NCBI GenBank assembly: GCA_964247055.1
Contig: OZ176052.1
Coordinates: 7,006,001-7,070,000, forward strand
Origin: Paragordius varius
Lineage: Eukaryota > Animalia > Nematomorpha
Direction: 5' to 3'
Length of the DNA stretch: 64,000 nt
Shown here: one piece after another, positions 1 through 13,700 of the stretch
Position numbering within the stretch: position 1 is the stretch's first letter
Layout: each line of letters begins with the position of its first letter
The notes under the pieces: generated by a model
The model's input: the letters and a program-made list of their open reading frames with translations, nothing else
Told to the model about the DNA's origin: nothing
The model's database searches: none
Program-made: the position numbers and the translations under genes

Positions 1-3000
1 ATCCATATTAAACATCTTGTACTGTTTTGCCTCTATATTGTTATATAACATTAGAGTTAGGAATTAAATATAGTTTTGTTAAAATCAATTTTTTATCATT
101 CTATGTTAAAATGTGACTGGGTTGAGTTGGTTAAAAGACACAATATTTTCTGTCTATTTATACTCATAATAGAATTAACAAATTTATAATGTTGGATTAT
201 CATGGAATAAAGAGAGAGACGACTTTAATCAATAAATAATAAAGTTTGGTTTAACTTTGATATCAGTAATTTTTTTAAAAAAAATGGTAGCATTAAGTTG
301 GAAAAATATTCTACTAATTTTTTTTGATTTTGGCATCATTATACTTATATTGTTTAAAGACCCAAAACATAAAATGTAAAAAGATTATATAACAAAATTT
401 ATGGTTATTTATTAAATAAAATATATTTAAATATATCATCGTTGTACCCTTTTATCCTTGTAACTGTATTGACCGAGGATTATTATTAGCAGTTAAATAC
501 GGATGATAGGCAAATATTTATAACTTATTAAATATTTATTTTAATATAAATACATTAGTGTTGACGGCACAGTTTAGGGCTTAAACCGCTTATCCACAGT
601 ATTTTATATCGAATTTGCCTCCAAAGTATTTGGACAATTAAGTTGAAAAATATTTTTTTAGATGTCAGAGCTATTTATAATAACATTTAATTTATAGATC
701 TTTAATTGTTAATGCACTGTTTCAATATTTAACCATATAATCCAAATTTTCCATTGACAATAAATGCAAAGTTTAAAAGTTTGTTAAAATGAATTTGAGT
801 TTGAAGTTAATTTTACCACTATCGATATCATAGTTAAAATCATAGTTAAAAAATTTGAAGATTACAAATTCTTCTTAGATATTTTATTTTGAAAATTTTA
901 CTAAATTTCAAAGAATTCTAAACTAAAAATAACATTCGTGTTATCCCAAACATAATCCATATTTAAAAAAACTAAAAGTTTATTATTTTACCATTTTTTT
1001 ACAAAACTTTTTGTCATACGATAAAATTCCAAAGACTGTTAAAAATTTTGTTTATAACTAATATCCAAACAATTTTTTTAAATATGGTCACGAACAATAT
1101 ATTTTGTTAATTAATTAAAAATGGTGACATTTACAGTCTGAATCCACAGGTCAAAGAGCCTGACTCCATATTAATAGTATTTTTCCACAAATTCTATTTT
1201 CCCATTTCACATTTTTATTACAAGACTTTATAAAATATCGATGTATTATTGCTACTGCATAGCAAAAATTCCGCAATATTCATTCATGATTAAAATTATT
1301 TATGAACAATTTAAGTGTTAAATCAATATTTGTTTAGTATATTAACAATCATAATAATGGATAAATACATACCTTATTGTTGAGTAATTACAATAAAAAT
1401 CAATCAAACAGGTAAAATTACGTGTTAAGATATTATTACATAAGTACTTTCTTTCTAATAATAAAATTGAAAAATTGGTGGTGAAAAAAACATTTTCTAT
1501 ATTTGTTTTATATGCAAGAGTCCTAAGTGTCTAATACATTTTAAGTAACTTTGCAATATGGTGTTTTGTTTCTCCCAAGTTAATAAATATGTAATGAAAA
1601 ATAAAAAATATTTCACCAGGTATATGTATATATCTTTTTTATCTAGAAACCTTCATTACCATAAAGCAAATTAATATAATTATTTTATGGCTAGGACTAA
1701 GAAAAACTTGTTTTAAGAAATTTCATGAAAAAAGCCAAAAAACCCATAAAACTTTCTAAAAAATATTTGTTTATTAAACGAAGGTAAAAATATTTTATTT
1801 TTAAATCACAAATGGAAATGATTAATTATTAAAATATTGTTTTTATATATCATTTGTTTCGTAAATTGTGCAAACACTTGAGTCGTTTCATCTTATTTTA
1901 CAAAAGTTATCAATGCTTATAAGATAGCAAAATTAAAATATTCTATTTTATTATGTAATATAGGCCAAAAAATACATATTTTACCCTTTTTTAAGTCAAC
2001 TTTGAGAGATTTGGCTCTAAATTTATTTTGAATGGAGTATGATTTTGTGGCTAAATGGGTGATTTTAAAATAAGATTTTTCTACAAGAGTTAGTATCAAA
2101 ACTTTCAATAATAAGTTGAAATAGTGTGAATATATATTTTTTATAAGATATATATGTAATAATAACTTAAACAGATGCAAAAGTATATATTTAATTGTAG
2201 AATAAAATAAACGAAACTCTGATATATAAATTTCTACTATTACAGCACAGATTATTATGCAAAATCAATTTTAATTTTAACACAAACAATAATGATATAT
2301 TTTTGCTATTTAGAATTTGATATTTAATAATATTTTATTATTTACTTGCAAATCTGAAAATATTTCGACCTTAACCTTAAAAAACAAACAACATACAAAA
2401 TTTAAATTTTAGTATCCCCAAACAAAGGTATATATTTAATATTTTAAATAGATATTAAATTATTATTTTTTTAATATTTATATTCAAATTTAAACATATG
2501 GGAGAATAGGTGTTTTATTTGTCATTAATACAAAACAGGTTATATGTATTAATTATATAAATATATTTTCTGTTAAAAAACCACTAATTTTAATTATAAA
2601 ATATCATTTTTTTGTTTTTATGGGTTTTCATCTCCAATTACACTTTGATTATTGCTAATATAAAATTATTCTCTGCTCCTTTTATAAACAGTAATCCTCT
2701 TATAATTTTTTAATTACTATATACCTTATTTTTTTCCTTCTCAGATTAATTTCAAAATTTTTGCAACTAAAATTTCGATCATATGTTTATTAAATATAGT
2801 TTTAATGCGCAAAAAATATATTTTTAGGTTTTGCCTTAGATAGAGTGAATTCAGAAAAAAATTAAGGTAAATAAAAATTTCTTTTTTTTATTAAAATAAT
2901 TATATTGTAAAAATATTTGAACACCTTACCAATGTTTGCCTACTCTGTCCTCTTTTGTAATCCACTGTATATTTAATTTAATTGTTAAGAGTACAGTTAT

Positions 3001-4712
3001 ATATATATATAATAATTATGTTGAATGGTTTTAAAATGACAATTTTTTTTATTGTCTAACAGATTTTGTCACATATTATTATTACCATTTAACTAGAGAA
3101 CAGAAAATGTAGACATCTATAAAATAAAGTACAAATTATTTTTTTACCTTATAAAAATTTAATTATGTATTATATGTTTATATGTATATTTTCATAACAG
3201 AAAATAGTATCTTTTTATTTGAGCCTTAACATCTGTATTGATTTAACCTTATACAAATTATATATATTTTTTTTGGTTCGATAGATACACAAAATCTATA
3301 TCGAAAGTATCGTATATATATAAATTTCCTTAATAATAATTACAAATGGCTATATATAATTGATGGAACAATTTTTATTATTTTCCATGATTCCGGTTTT
3401 TTCATATAAAAAATATAAAAATAAAAATGTCTTTGTATGCGCATGTCCTATTCTCTTTTATTTTGTGCATAAATATAGAATTTATTCTCCTAACTCATTA
3501 TTCCAAAAATATGGTGAATATTTTTATATCTGTTGGGATCTTTTTTTCTTTTTTTGGCAAATCCGTTACGCCCCCCTTTACATTCGAAAAATATGTAATG
3601 AGGGAAAAAATCATTTTTCGGAATTATTCCATCTTAACTTTTAAATAGATTCTTATTCTTATTTTTCATGATAATATTCCAAAAAAATACTTTTGCCATC
3701 AAGAGGTAAGTCATTATTTATATCTACTAATATAACTATTAATGAATTGACCTTATTTTAATTAATTTTTGGGAACATATGCGATTTGTAGATTTGCAAA
3801 TATTAATTTAAATATTTCTAGCAATTATTAAATTAACGAATCCCATACAATTTAATACATAATAAACCCTACCAAAATTTTATTATCTTCCAACAAATAC
3901 ATGAAAAAATTGTATAATAATAAAGTACCGATATTTTTATTGTATAGCCTTTTTTTCTTAAAAAGGAACCGCATTTGTATGAATATAAAAAATGAAATTT
4001 TAAGGGTTTAAAATGAGTCAGTTTTATGAGTTTTTTTATATAATATAATAAAAAACATTTATATATTAATAAATTTGATTATTTTAGTACAATATAAGTC
4101 TAATTAATATTTGTGACATGATTTTAATAAATAGTATCCCAATTTTATTTATTTTTTACAACAAAATATTTCGAATCATGAAATAAATCGAAAAATCTAT
4201 CAATATGTTAATGCAGATAAGTAATAAAACTACATTAAATTTTAAAATTCGCACCAATACTCGATTTTTTATTCATGTAAATTTCAAAGAGATTACTTGT
4301 TAAAAACTATACAAGAGGTAAATTTATTTTATAAATATTATAAAGAATATTTTAATTGTTAACTGTCTGAGAAAATGTTAGTTTATAACCAAGATTATTA
4401 TTTTTATATAGTTAATTTAATTCCAAATATTTAAAACAGATAAAATTTGCCACTTCAATGCACAAATGATAAAAAACTAATGCTGATAATTTCGAATTCG
4501 GCATAAGAGTTAGGTGTCTGAATGCGTCATTATTAATATCCTTATGCCTCACAATTTTAATCGGATTATTAATTTCATTCTATTCTTTTTGGTACTCGGC
4601 AAAAAACATTCATTTGATTTTATTATTAACTCAGTTCTACAAATTTTAGATGTGGAATACAATACAATCTCTATCTTTGCAGGAAATAAATTAATCGATT
4701 ATCAGCTCTAAA

Positions 4713-7700
4713 ATGGATGTTCCAATTTTACCAATCAAACCTTTACACAATATCACCAAGTATGTGGGTGATAACGCCAAATTTAAATGCGAATTAGACC
4801 TGAGTGCAATTACGTTTCAATACGCATCACAACTCATAGATCCTCAATTTTTCAAGAATCTTCGATTTTTTTGGTACAAAAACGAAGCTCCACTTTTCGA
4901 TGCCTCTAATGTTTTGCACGATGACCAAGATAACAACATGGAAACAAGAACCTATACCACAAACCACTTTGAACCAATCGCTGATAATCGCAACTATAAT
5001 CCAAATATAAATCCAAATCCAAATCTTAATAGCAACATAATCAAAATTGATTCCTCAACATCTATTAGGCGCCGTCAGCTGCAATCAGATTACAGTCATA
5101 CATCAATACTTGATTCACAAAGAGGACAAAATGATATTGCAAATGATAATGTTTATTATCATAGTCAAAATGACCAATATGGCCATAATAAACTAAGCAC
5201 TAGCAATTCCATATCCGATTATATAAAATTGACAACTGTTTCAACCATGGATCCAATGGAAGATAGTGCACCCGAAACTTTTGTTGTTAAAGAGGACAAA
5301 TATTCAATCAAAAATGTGAGCACTAATCTATGAATGTTGAAATTAATTATTATGGAATGTTGTATTCCGAATACAATTAAAATTAATTTTATAAACTTTA
5401 GCCTGACTTAAAGTTATTTACAATGCAATTTTTTAATTTTATCGCTTTTATAAATTTCAATAGATGGGTTCGTATTCCATACTGCGGTTGCGAAATTTAG
5501 AAATTTTTGATCGTGGATATTACCGCTGTGTAATTGATAACGGAATACGCAGAAACGAAACCGATGGGTGGTTGCTTGTAAATCCAGGTAGTTAATTTAT
5601 TATACGGATTTGTAATTGTTAAAAAATATTTAGAAATTTAATTTTTTAAAGGAATGTTTTTTTTCTATAAATTTTCATTTGAATTTTTAAAAACGAGTTA
5701 GTATCAAAGCATATTAAAATTTAATTACTTAATCATATATTCAAATATAGAAGAAAACCCAAATCTCGGAGAAATAATTCCACAATTCCCTGAGCTTCGG
5801 TTTGAAGAAGCCAATTTACCTATAAATGTTGAAGGGTAATTACAGTTTATTACAAAATGAATAACAAAAAAAAATATGTTTATTAAATAAAATAAAAATC
5901 ATTATTTGCCAAAAGACAAAAGAAACGAAAAGCATACAAAAGGGTGTAAACTTCATTGGGCTACTGGTGATAAAATTGAATTAATTTTTTTCTCATAACC
6001 ATATTATTGTTTTTACTATTCTTTTTTTTGAATTTTAAACACAAATTTTAAATGGCTTTTTAAATGTTATATTTTATATAGTCTTTTAATAAAACTAAAT
6101 ATCCTTTAATTTATATTTTCTAGAGATTTTACTACACCGCCAATTCATCAGAGTTCACATTCTACACCCTCAAACGTTGAAATTAATAACGATTATAATA
6201 ATAATCTAGACACCCGCCTTAGAAACAATTTTCAAAACTCATATCATGTCATTCATGAAGGATTAAAAGAAGATACTAGACAAGACACTCAACAAATTGT
6301 AACGAATGAGTTGGTGCGCAAAGCCTTAACTTTTGAAATATCTGAACATTCTATCGGTCATTGTGAATATTACAAGGGTGATGTGTGTAAGCCAGTTTTC
6401 GCTCGTTATTTTAACGCCACCTCTTCATTTTCCATTGACGGGTCCCCGTCCGTTTTTATTAAAGGAATCCTATCTCAGGTTTTTGCCCATTAACATACAT
6501 ACATACATTGCTAAATATACAATGTTTTAATTTTTGATTTAATTTTTTTAAACAATGCAGCATGAATTGGAGGAACGATTGGTCAAAGTTTTAGATATGG
6601 TGGAGAAATCTATGTGGCAAAAGGCACAACAGACACCGGTTTCCAACGAATGCAGAGACTATAAATTACCCATGTTATGTTTTAAAACGTTTCCACCATG
6701 CATACAAAATCCGTATGGAAAAAAGGTAACTATTTTGCACATAGTAATTAATTTAAAGGATTGTGTTGCTATGTAGGTAGAATAAATGCGTATTTATCAT
6801 TATTGAGCAATTATTTTAACCACATATAACGTGAAAAAATGAGTAAAACATATTCGTATATTTTTAAAATACAGCTCAAATTTATTAGCGAAACCAACAG
6901 GAGTTTGTTTAAATGTTTTATTATATTAACTAATCATAAGAGTTATATTTTTGGTAATATTCTCTAAATTATTCATTTTTAAATGATGGATACATGTACG
7001 AGGATAATTCTGAAATAAATTATCATGATCATAATAGCAATAAATAATGTTGTAAAATTTAACTGAGAAACGAATATAAATAATAATTTATAACTCAATG
7101 ATCCTACTAAAAATAAATGTCTATTGTGATTTAAATGCGCCGATATCACTTATATAGTTCGGCTTTTTTTGAGGATAACAATGATGTACTATATGTAAGA
7201 ACAATAAACTTTGAAAAATAATCAAAATTTATGCCAACTTTATATGTATCCACAAACATAGCGTATAGAAAAATAGATCATTAATATGCAAACTGTCATA
7301 TAGGGAGGGAGCGGAGCGCATTTATTGCTTATAACTTTAATGTAAAAATTGTGATCAAATGATAAATGATCGATTTATTACTATTGATATTACACATTAC
7401 ACACAGAGCTAGGAAATGATTTTAATGGATTTATGGAAATTTGTATTGTGGACACTTAAACACATACATATATTATATAACTTTTGCTGTCTTTACTGAA
7501 AAAAAAATAGAAACGTATCCCAGCATGGGTCAAAGACACCTCCAAAAATTTACCTTATCCACGCCTCCTGTGCAAAGATGAATGTGAAACGTTAGAAAAT
7601 GAGATTTGTCAGGTGGAATTTGGTTTAGCCAGGCAATTACCTATGATAAAGAATCATATACAAGCATGTGAAATTTTACCAGAGAATACGTTAACTGCAT

Positions 7701-10700
7701 CATTACATACTAACCATATTAATCATTATATAGAAGATGACTCCATCCATACCAATGAAAACAGGTATGTTTTTTGTCAAATCGCTATATATGCTAACTT
7801 TTTAACAAATGTAAATAGTAATCATACTAGGTAAAAAATTAAGTTTAGATTTAATTTTAGATATACAGTAAAAATTGAATTTATATAGACAAAACGTAAA
7901 ATATAAAAGACAATTAGTTTTTATCCATTGATTTTTTTAGATATAACTCATCGTTTTGGTTTGAATGGATGTGAATTGGAATAAGCCTCAATTATATAAT
8001 TTAAAATTGTTATATTATAGTTTATGGAGCAAAAATAAAGATTTGAAAAATTAGGGTTGCCTTTTTAAAACTATTTGTCGTTTAGTTTTTACATTTTGTC
8101 TGTATAATTATATAATTATTTGGGCGTAATTAACATGCTCATTTTTTAAAAAAAAAACTCCATATACAATGTTTCAATTTTTTTATGTAAAGATATGACG
8201 ATGCACACCACGATTTACATTATAATCCTCGAGATTGTCTAAGTTTGGGGCTGAGAAAACAAGCACCCCTACTTTATAAAACTGGTAATAAACGAATTTA
8301 TCCGAATGGAAATGTTGGTTATCGAGAAAATCAGCAGGATTCCGCAAAATATATCAATTCAACTCCTTCAATATCCAATTCCAAAAACTTCCTTTATATC
8401 CTACCAATAATTAGCTTAACTATAGCATTATTGACATTATTGCTTCTCGTGTGTTGGTTCAGGAAGAGACGAGCACCGTTAAAGCAAGAAAAAAAGGGTT
8501 CAATCAAAACTAAAGCCCGACAAATTAATGGGTATAATATTTTTATGTTTTTTTATGAATATTTTTTCTAAAATACTTTAAATTAATCAAATACCTAATG
8601 TATAGTTAAAATTTAAATCTACCAAAGAAAAAAGTGTTAAGGACTAGTATTTTAAAGAAAATATTTTTGACTTATAGTCATATATTGTGGATTTTATAAT
8701 TATACTAGCGTAAATCTCGTGCTGCTACGCAGCCCGAGGAAGTCCTTCGGACTTCTGGGGGGCTATTTGAAAAAAGGGACAATAAAATGGTCCATATATG
8801 TGGATTATTTCGAAACATTATTTAATAGCTATGATCTCATAGGAATTTTAAAACGGTGCATTCATACTAATTTATTGTTTACTTGGGGGAAGAATAATTT
8901 TTGTGGACTTTGTTTTTTGAAATAAATGACATTTTACGGAAGGAGCGGGTAAAAAGAGGGCCTAAATTAAAAAAGCGAGCCAACTATGTTCGGCGCAATC
9001 GAAAGTTCAATGATAGCGCAGTTTTTAGGGAGTAAGGGGCCTTTTTAACCGTTATTTCAAAAACTTCGCTCGACTTAAATTTTTGACTTTTTACGGGTAA
9101 TACATTAAGCAGCTATTGAACTCATATGGCCTGATAGGTTATCTGAGATTTAGCCCCAAAAGCACGCTCTTTTGATATGACGGGTCAGTTTTTCGCGGGT
9201 AGCTCCTTACCCAGCAGCTATTGAAAGAAACGCTTAACTAAAATTTTTGTCTTTTAACAGGGAATACGTGGGATCCTTATTGAATTTTTACGGTCTCATA
9301 CCTTGGGCGAAAAATAGAATCAAAAAATTATTTTTGTGTTTTTTAAAAAAATGGCATTTTACAGGGGGGGGGGAGCGGGCAAAAAGAGGGTTTAAATTAA
9401 AAAAGCGATCCCACTATGTTCGGCACAATCGAAGATAAGTAATCAAAAATCATATTTGAAATTGAATGGTCCAACACGTTCTCCATAAAATTGTCTCCAA
9501 GACACGATTTTTGTGGACTTGTGTTTTCAAAAAACCCGTTTTTTACACGGGGTAGGCCCGAACTGGGGGCCTAATTCAAAAAAAGGGCGAAGCTATTGTC
9601 GGGGCATTCAATAATGATTATATTTTTTCGATATTTGGATTTGAATGGGTCTACCGGTTTTCCGGAAACAGATCACAAAGCCACCATTTTCCATTTTTAT
9701 AAATATATAGATTAAAACGATAGTCTAAAAAAATCAAGGTATTACAAATTATGGGTGACTATCTATTTATTTTTTGTTGTGTTTATAATCTTAAATTTTT
9801 GTGTAAAAATTATTTTTTGGCCTACTTCTATACAAATATATTTTAATTTCCGCTAATTTCTGGATATAGACATCATCATCATCATCAATCCTTAGTATCC
9901 CTTAACGTTGGGGGCCCATTGACAAGTCAACAAAAATCCATTTTACAATCCAAAAATACTCCAATGACCCATGTAAGTTTTCATCCTTCTATGGTTGGAA
10001 ACCCATCGGAAACTGTCCCTTTGCGATGTTCCACAGGCGGAAGTACGAATTGTTCACCATACCCATGTTATCATCACGATGAACCTGACACACAAAACAA
10101 TCTACTTGTCCAAAACAATGGTAGGTATTAAAGAGTATTTTTTGTAAAAAATAAAATTATATTAGGCATATTATCTTGACTTGATAATGAGGTATTACCA
10201 GAATTTCGCCACAAATTTATTTAATTTTAACAAGAGTTATTGGTTAGAGTATTTTTTAACATTTTTAGACAAATAATTATCAAAAAAAGTTAAAATAAGG
10301 GTTAAATTTATTTTAAATGTTTTATTATATTTAGGATCCATTAGCAACAATACAAAATACGGTATATTGGCTTTGCCGCAACATTTGTCTGATACGGATG
10401 AAATAAATAACATTTCTAGTCTATCTTCAACAAACAATAATTCTCATAATTTGCTTTGGGAAATACCATTTGAACGTCTAAATCTTTTGGAGGAAATTGG
10501 AGAGGGTAATTTAATTTTCCGTTAAATATTTTGATTTATAATATCTAAATTGGATTTTCATTTTTTACAATATGGATAAATGAGATACCTATGGTTGAAT
10601 TTTAATTATAACACTGTTTAATGTAAAATTAAGTTCATGAAATATAGAGAATTTTTCTTCAATGTTTTTCAAAATTAATAGTCTTAATGAACAGGGTATA

Positions 10701-13700
10701 TTAGATGTCTCCACTTTTACAAAGCTATAACTACTGATTATATTTGCAATCGTTTCAGTAATTGGTTTAGCAGAAATTTTTTGGAATCTAATGTAATAAA
10801 TTACTTTTGTATGTATACAAACATATTTGACTAGTTGGGTTCTAAATTTATTAAATAGAGGGTTTCTATAACCGCGGATTAGGTATATATGGATTTCGGC
10901 ATAAACATAATTATTACAAAAGAGTTTTCACAAAAAAGGTACAATATTTTAATTTTATTAAAGTTTCATAATGTGTTTCAAATATTTAGGTATATTCGGA
11001 ACCATTTATAAGGGTGAATACATTGATGTCAAACGTAATGAAATTACGCAATCATCCATAATCCAAAAAATACCGGTTGTAGTTAAATCATTAAAACCCA
11101 ATTATAACGCCTATCTTAAGCAGGAGTTTGAAAATGAAATCGAAAAATTTTCAACACTCTCTCATCCTAATGTTTGTCAATTATTAGGTAACTTTTTTAT
11201 ACATTTTAGCCAAATTGTTTTATAAGAATAAGGAATAGTGTATAATATATAATTTTTCTCCATAGGAATATGCCGCCAAACGAACCTTTTCTTTTCCGTT
11301 TTTGAAGAAGGGAATGTGATGGATTTACATGAATTTTTACTTTTTCGTTCTCCAAACTCTGACGTGGGATCATCAACTCGCAGTGATTCATCTCATATCA
11401 ATAATCTTAAAGGTTTTTAATAATTCATACTAATATTAATCAATTTATTTCATTTGCCTCTTAATGCATACTATTTATCGCTATAATGTAGATCAGACCG
11501 ATTTTATGTTCATATCATCCAAAATAGCTGAGGGAATGTCCTACCTTTCAGACCATGAAATTATCCATCGTGATTTAAGTGCCCGAAACTGTATAGTGAC
11601 ACAAGATTTATCGATCATTAAAATTGCAAACATAGGTGGTTTCATAAGTCATCGATACTATGGTAACGAATATGGACGTTTATCCATAACTGCTAATGGT
11701 TTAGATTTGCAAGATTCGGAGGAATTGGAAAAAACTCAAAATTTTTCCACACATGATTCTGCACGATCCCAAAATGAATGGGAAAAGAAATCATTAGATA
11801 ACATCAGATCAAAAGTTTGTATACCGATTAGATGGATGCCACCTGAAGTCATAGAGTGAGTTACATTTTAATAAAAATTTTATTGGTTAGTTGATAAAAC
11901 AAATTAATTTATATGATGAATTTAGATCAGGGCTTCTTAAACTTTTGTACTTCCCGACCGAGTTTCTTAACGACCCCAACAATGCGAAAAGCTCTTAGAA
12001 ATTTTGTTAATAATATGTATCTGGATTATTTTGGTTCTAAGAGATTGACAAAAATAAATCTACATTTTTTATATAAAGGAAAGAATGATATTATACAAAT
12101 TCCCCAGAATTGTGTTTAACTGAACTCGCATGGCTTCCTAATTTTTTGAAAATTAGCTCCAAAACCACGCCATTTTTGTATGGTGTCTCAGTTTTAAACC
12201 GGTAGACTCCTACCCATAGACATATATCGAAAAAGCGCTGAATTAATTTCTTTGCCTTATAGGGCAAGTATTTGAAATCATCTTTGATACCATCGTCTCA
12301 TGAGTTATTCAAAAAAATACCACAACACTAAATTATCGTTATATGGTGGCGTATTTTTAGCGCATTAAGGCCCCAAATTAACGGCTAATAAAAAAAGCCT
12401 GTTTTTTTCCTAGTTACGGATAATATTTCAAGCTTTTAATGAGCTCATATGGCTTCATAAATTTTCTGTAAATTAGCTCCAAAACAAAGCAATTTTATAG
12501 TGGCGCAGTTTTTGACGGGTTCCTAACCCAGGGCAGGTATAAAAAAGCGCTAGTTAAAATTTTTGCCCTCATATGGGGAATATCTGGAATTATCATGAAA
12601 TTATGTTCCTATTAGACTCATAAGTTTTCTGAAATTTGGCTCCAAAGGCATGCTGTATCGAGATGGTGGTGCAGTTGTAGGCGGGTAACCCCCTACCCAG
12701 AAGCGAGTATAGACGTTCCAAAAAATATTTTGCTTTTATAGGGAAATACCTGGAAATATAATTGAATCCATATGTTCTTAATAGTTTTTAGAAGAATGAC
12801 TTCAAAACTAAATAATAGTTCAATGATAGCGCATTTTTAGGGCGGACAGCCTAAACGGCTAATTTTAAAAAAACCGCTACACCTAAATTTTTGCCTTTTT
12901 ACGGGTAATATTTTAGGTCCTTATTAAACTTATATGGCCTGATAAGTTTTCTGAAAACTAACTCTTAAACAAGGCGATTTCCATATGATGGCGCAGTTTT
13001 AGGCGGGTAGTTCCTTACACAAAAACGCACGACTAAAATGTTTGCCTTTTAACAGGGAATACCTGGTTATTGAATTTTTAGGGTCTCATTTGGGCGAAAA
13101 ATAGATTCAAAAATTTATTTTTATGGACTTAGTTTTTTTGAAAAAAATGGCATTTTACGGGGAAAGCGGGTAAAAAGAGGATAAATTATAAAAGCGAGTC
13201 GACTATGTTCGGCGCAATCGAAAATAATTAGATCATATTTGAAATCGAATGGTCCAACACGTTTTCGGGAATGTCTCAAAGACACGATTTTTTGTGGACT
13301 TCTGTTCTCGAAAAAAACCCGTTTTTTGGGGTAGGACCGAACTGGAGGCCTAATTCAAAAAAGGGCGAAGCTATTGTCGGGGTATTTATTAATGATTATA
13401 CTTTTATTTGGATTTGAATGGATCTACCGGTTTTCTGGAAACAGATCACAAAGCCACCACTATTCATTTTTATAAATATATAAATTTACAAGTTAAAAAA
13501 CATTTTTTGTTAAATTTTAATTTTATCACTCGCGACCCCATATGGGGTCGCGACCCATTGTTTAAGAAGCCCTGATTTAGATCATATACCATATAATACA
13601 AATATAAGCAATAATGCGTTGATAGGCTGAATATTATTAAATTTATATGAGCAAATCAAAAATCGTAAAAGTTGTGAAACTCAATAAACGCTTTCGTTTT

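Noticed and set aside
700-2180. Possible minus-strand exons at the left edge, including ORF 1917-2180
   Set aside because: Composition is compatible with random AT-rich sequence; no motif or phase-consistent chain.
3427-4711. Candidate ROR signal-peptide exons (3511-3593, 3649-3705, 4544-4598)
   Set aside because: I found no phase-consistent canonical splice into the 4713 frame (in-frame stop at 4692; the acceptor at 4706 needs phase 2). Left unresolved.
7511-7764. MuSK rather than ROR, since the kringle is absent
   Set aside because: The CRD (LCKDECETLENEIC, ARQLPMI) and the kinase insert (RSPNSDVG) are ROR-type.
8719-9438. ORFs 8719-8925 and 9247-9438 (also 11913-12119)
   Set aside because: They lie within Helitron or hAT repeats in ROR introns and show no protein motifs.
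12120-13100. Periodic ~160-bp units as a CRISPR-like or other novel array
   Set aside because: The units are whole degenerate tandem repeats without unique spacers. They sit inside a transposon in a eukaryotic intron, with no cas genes.
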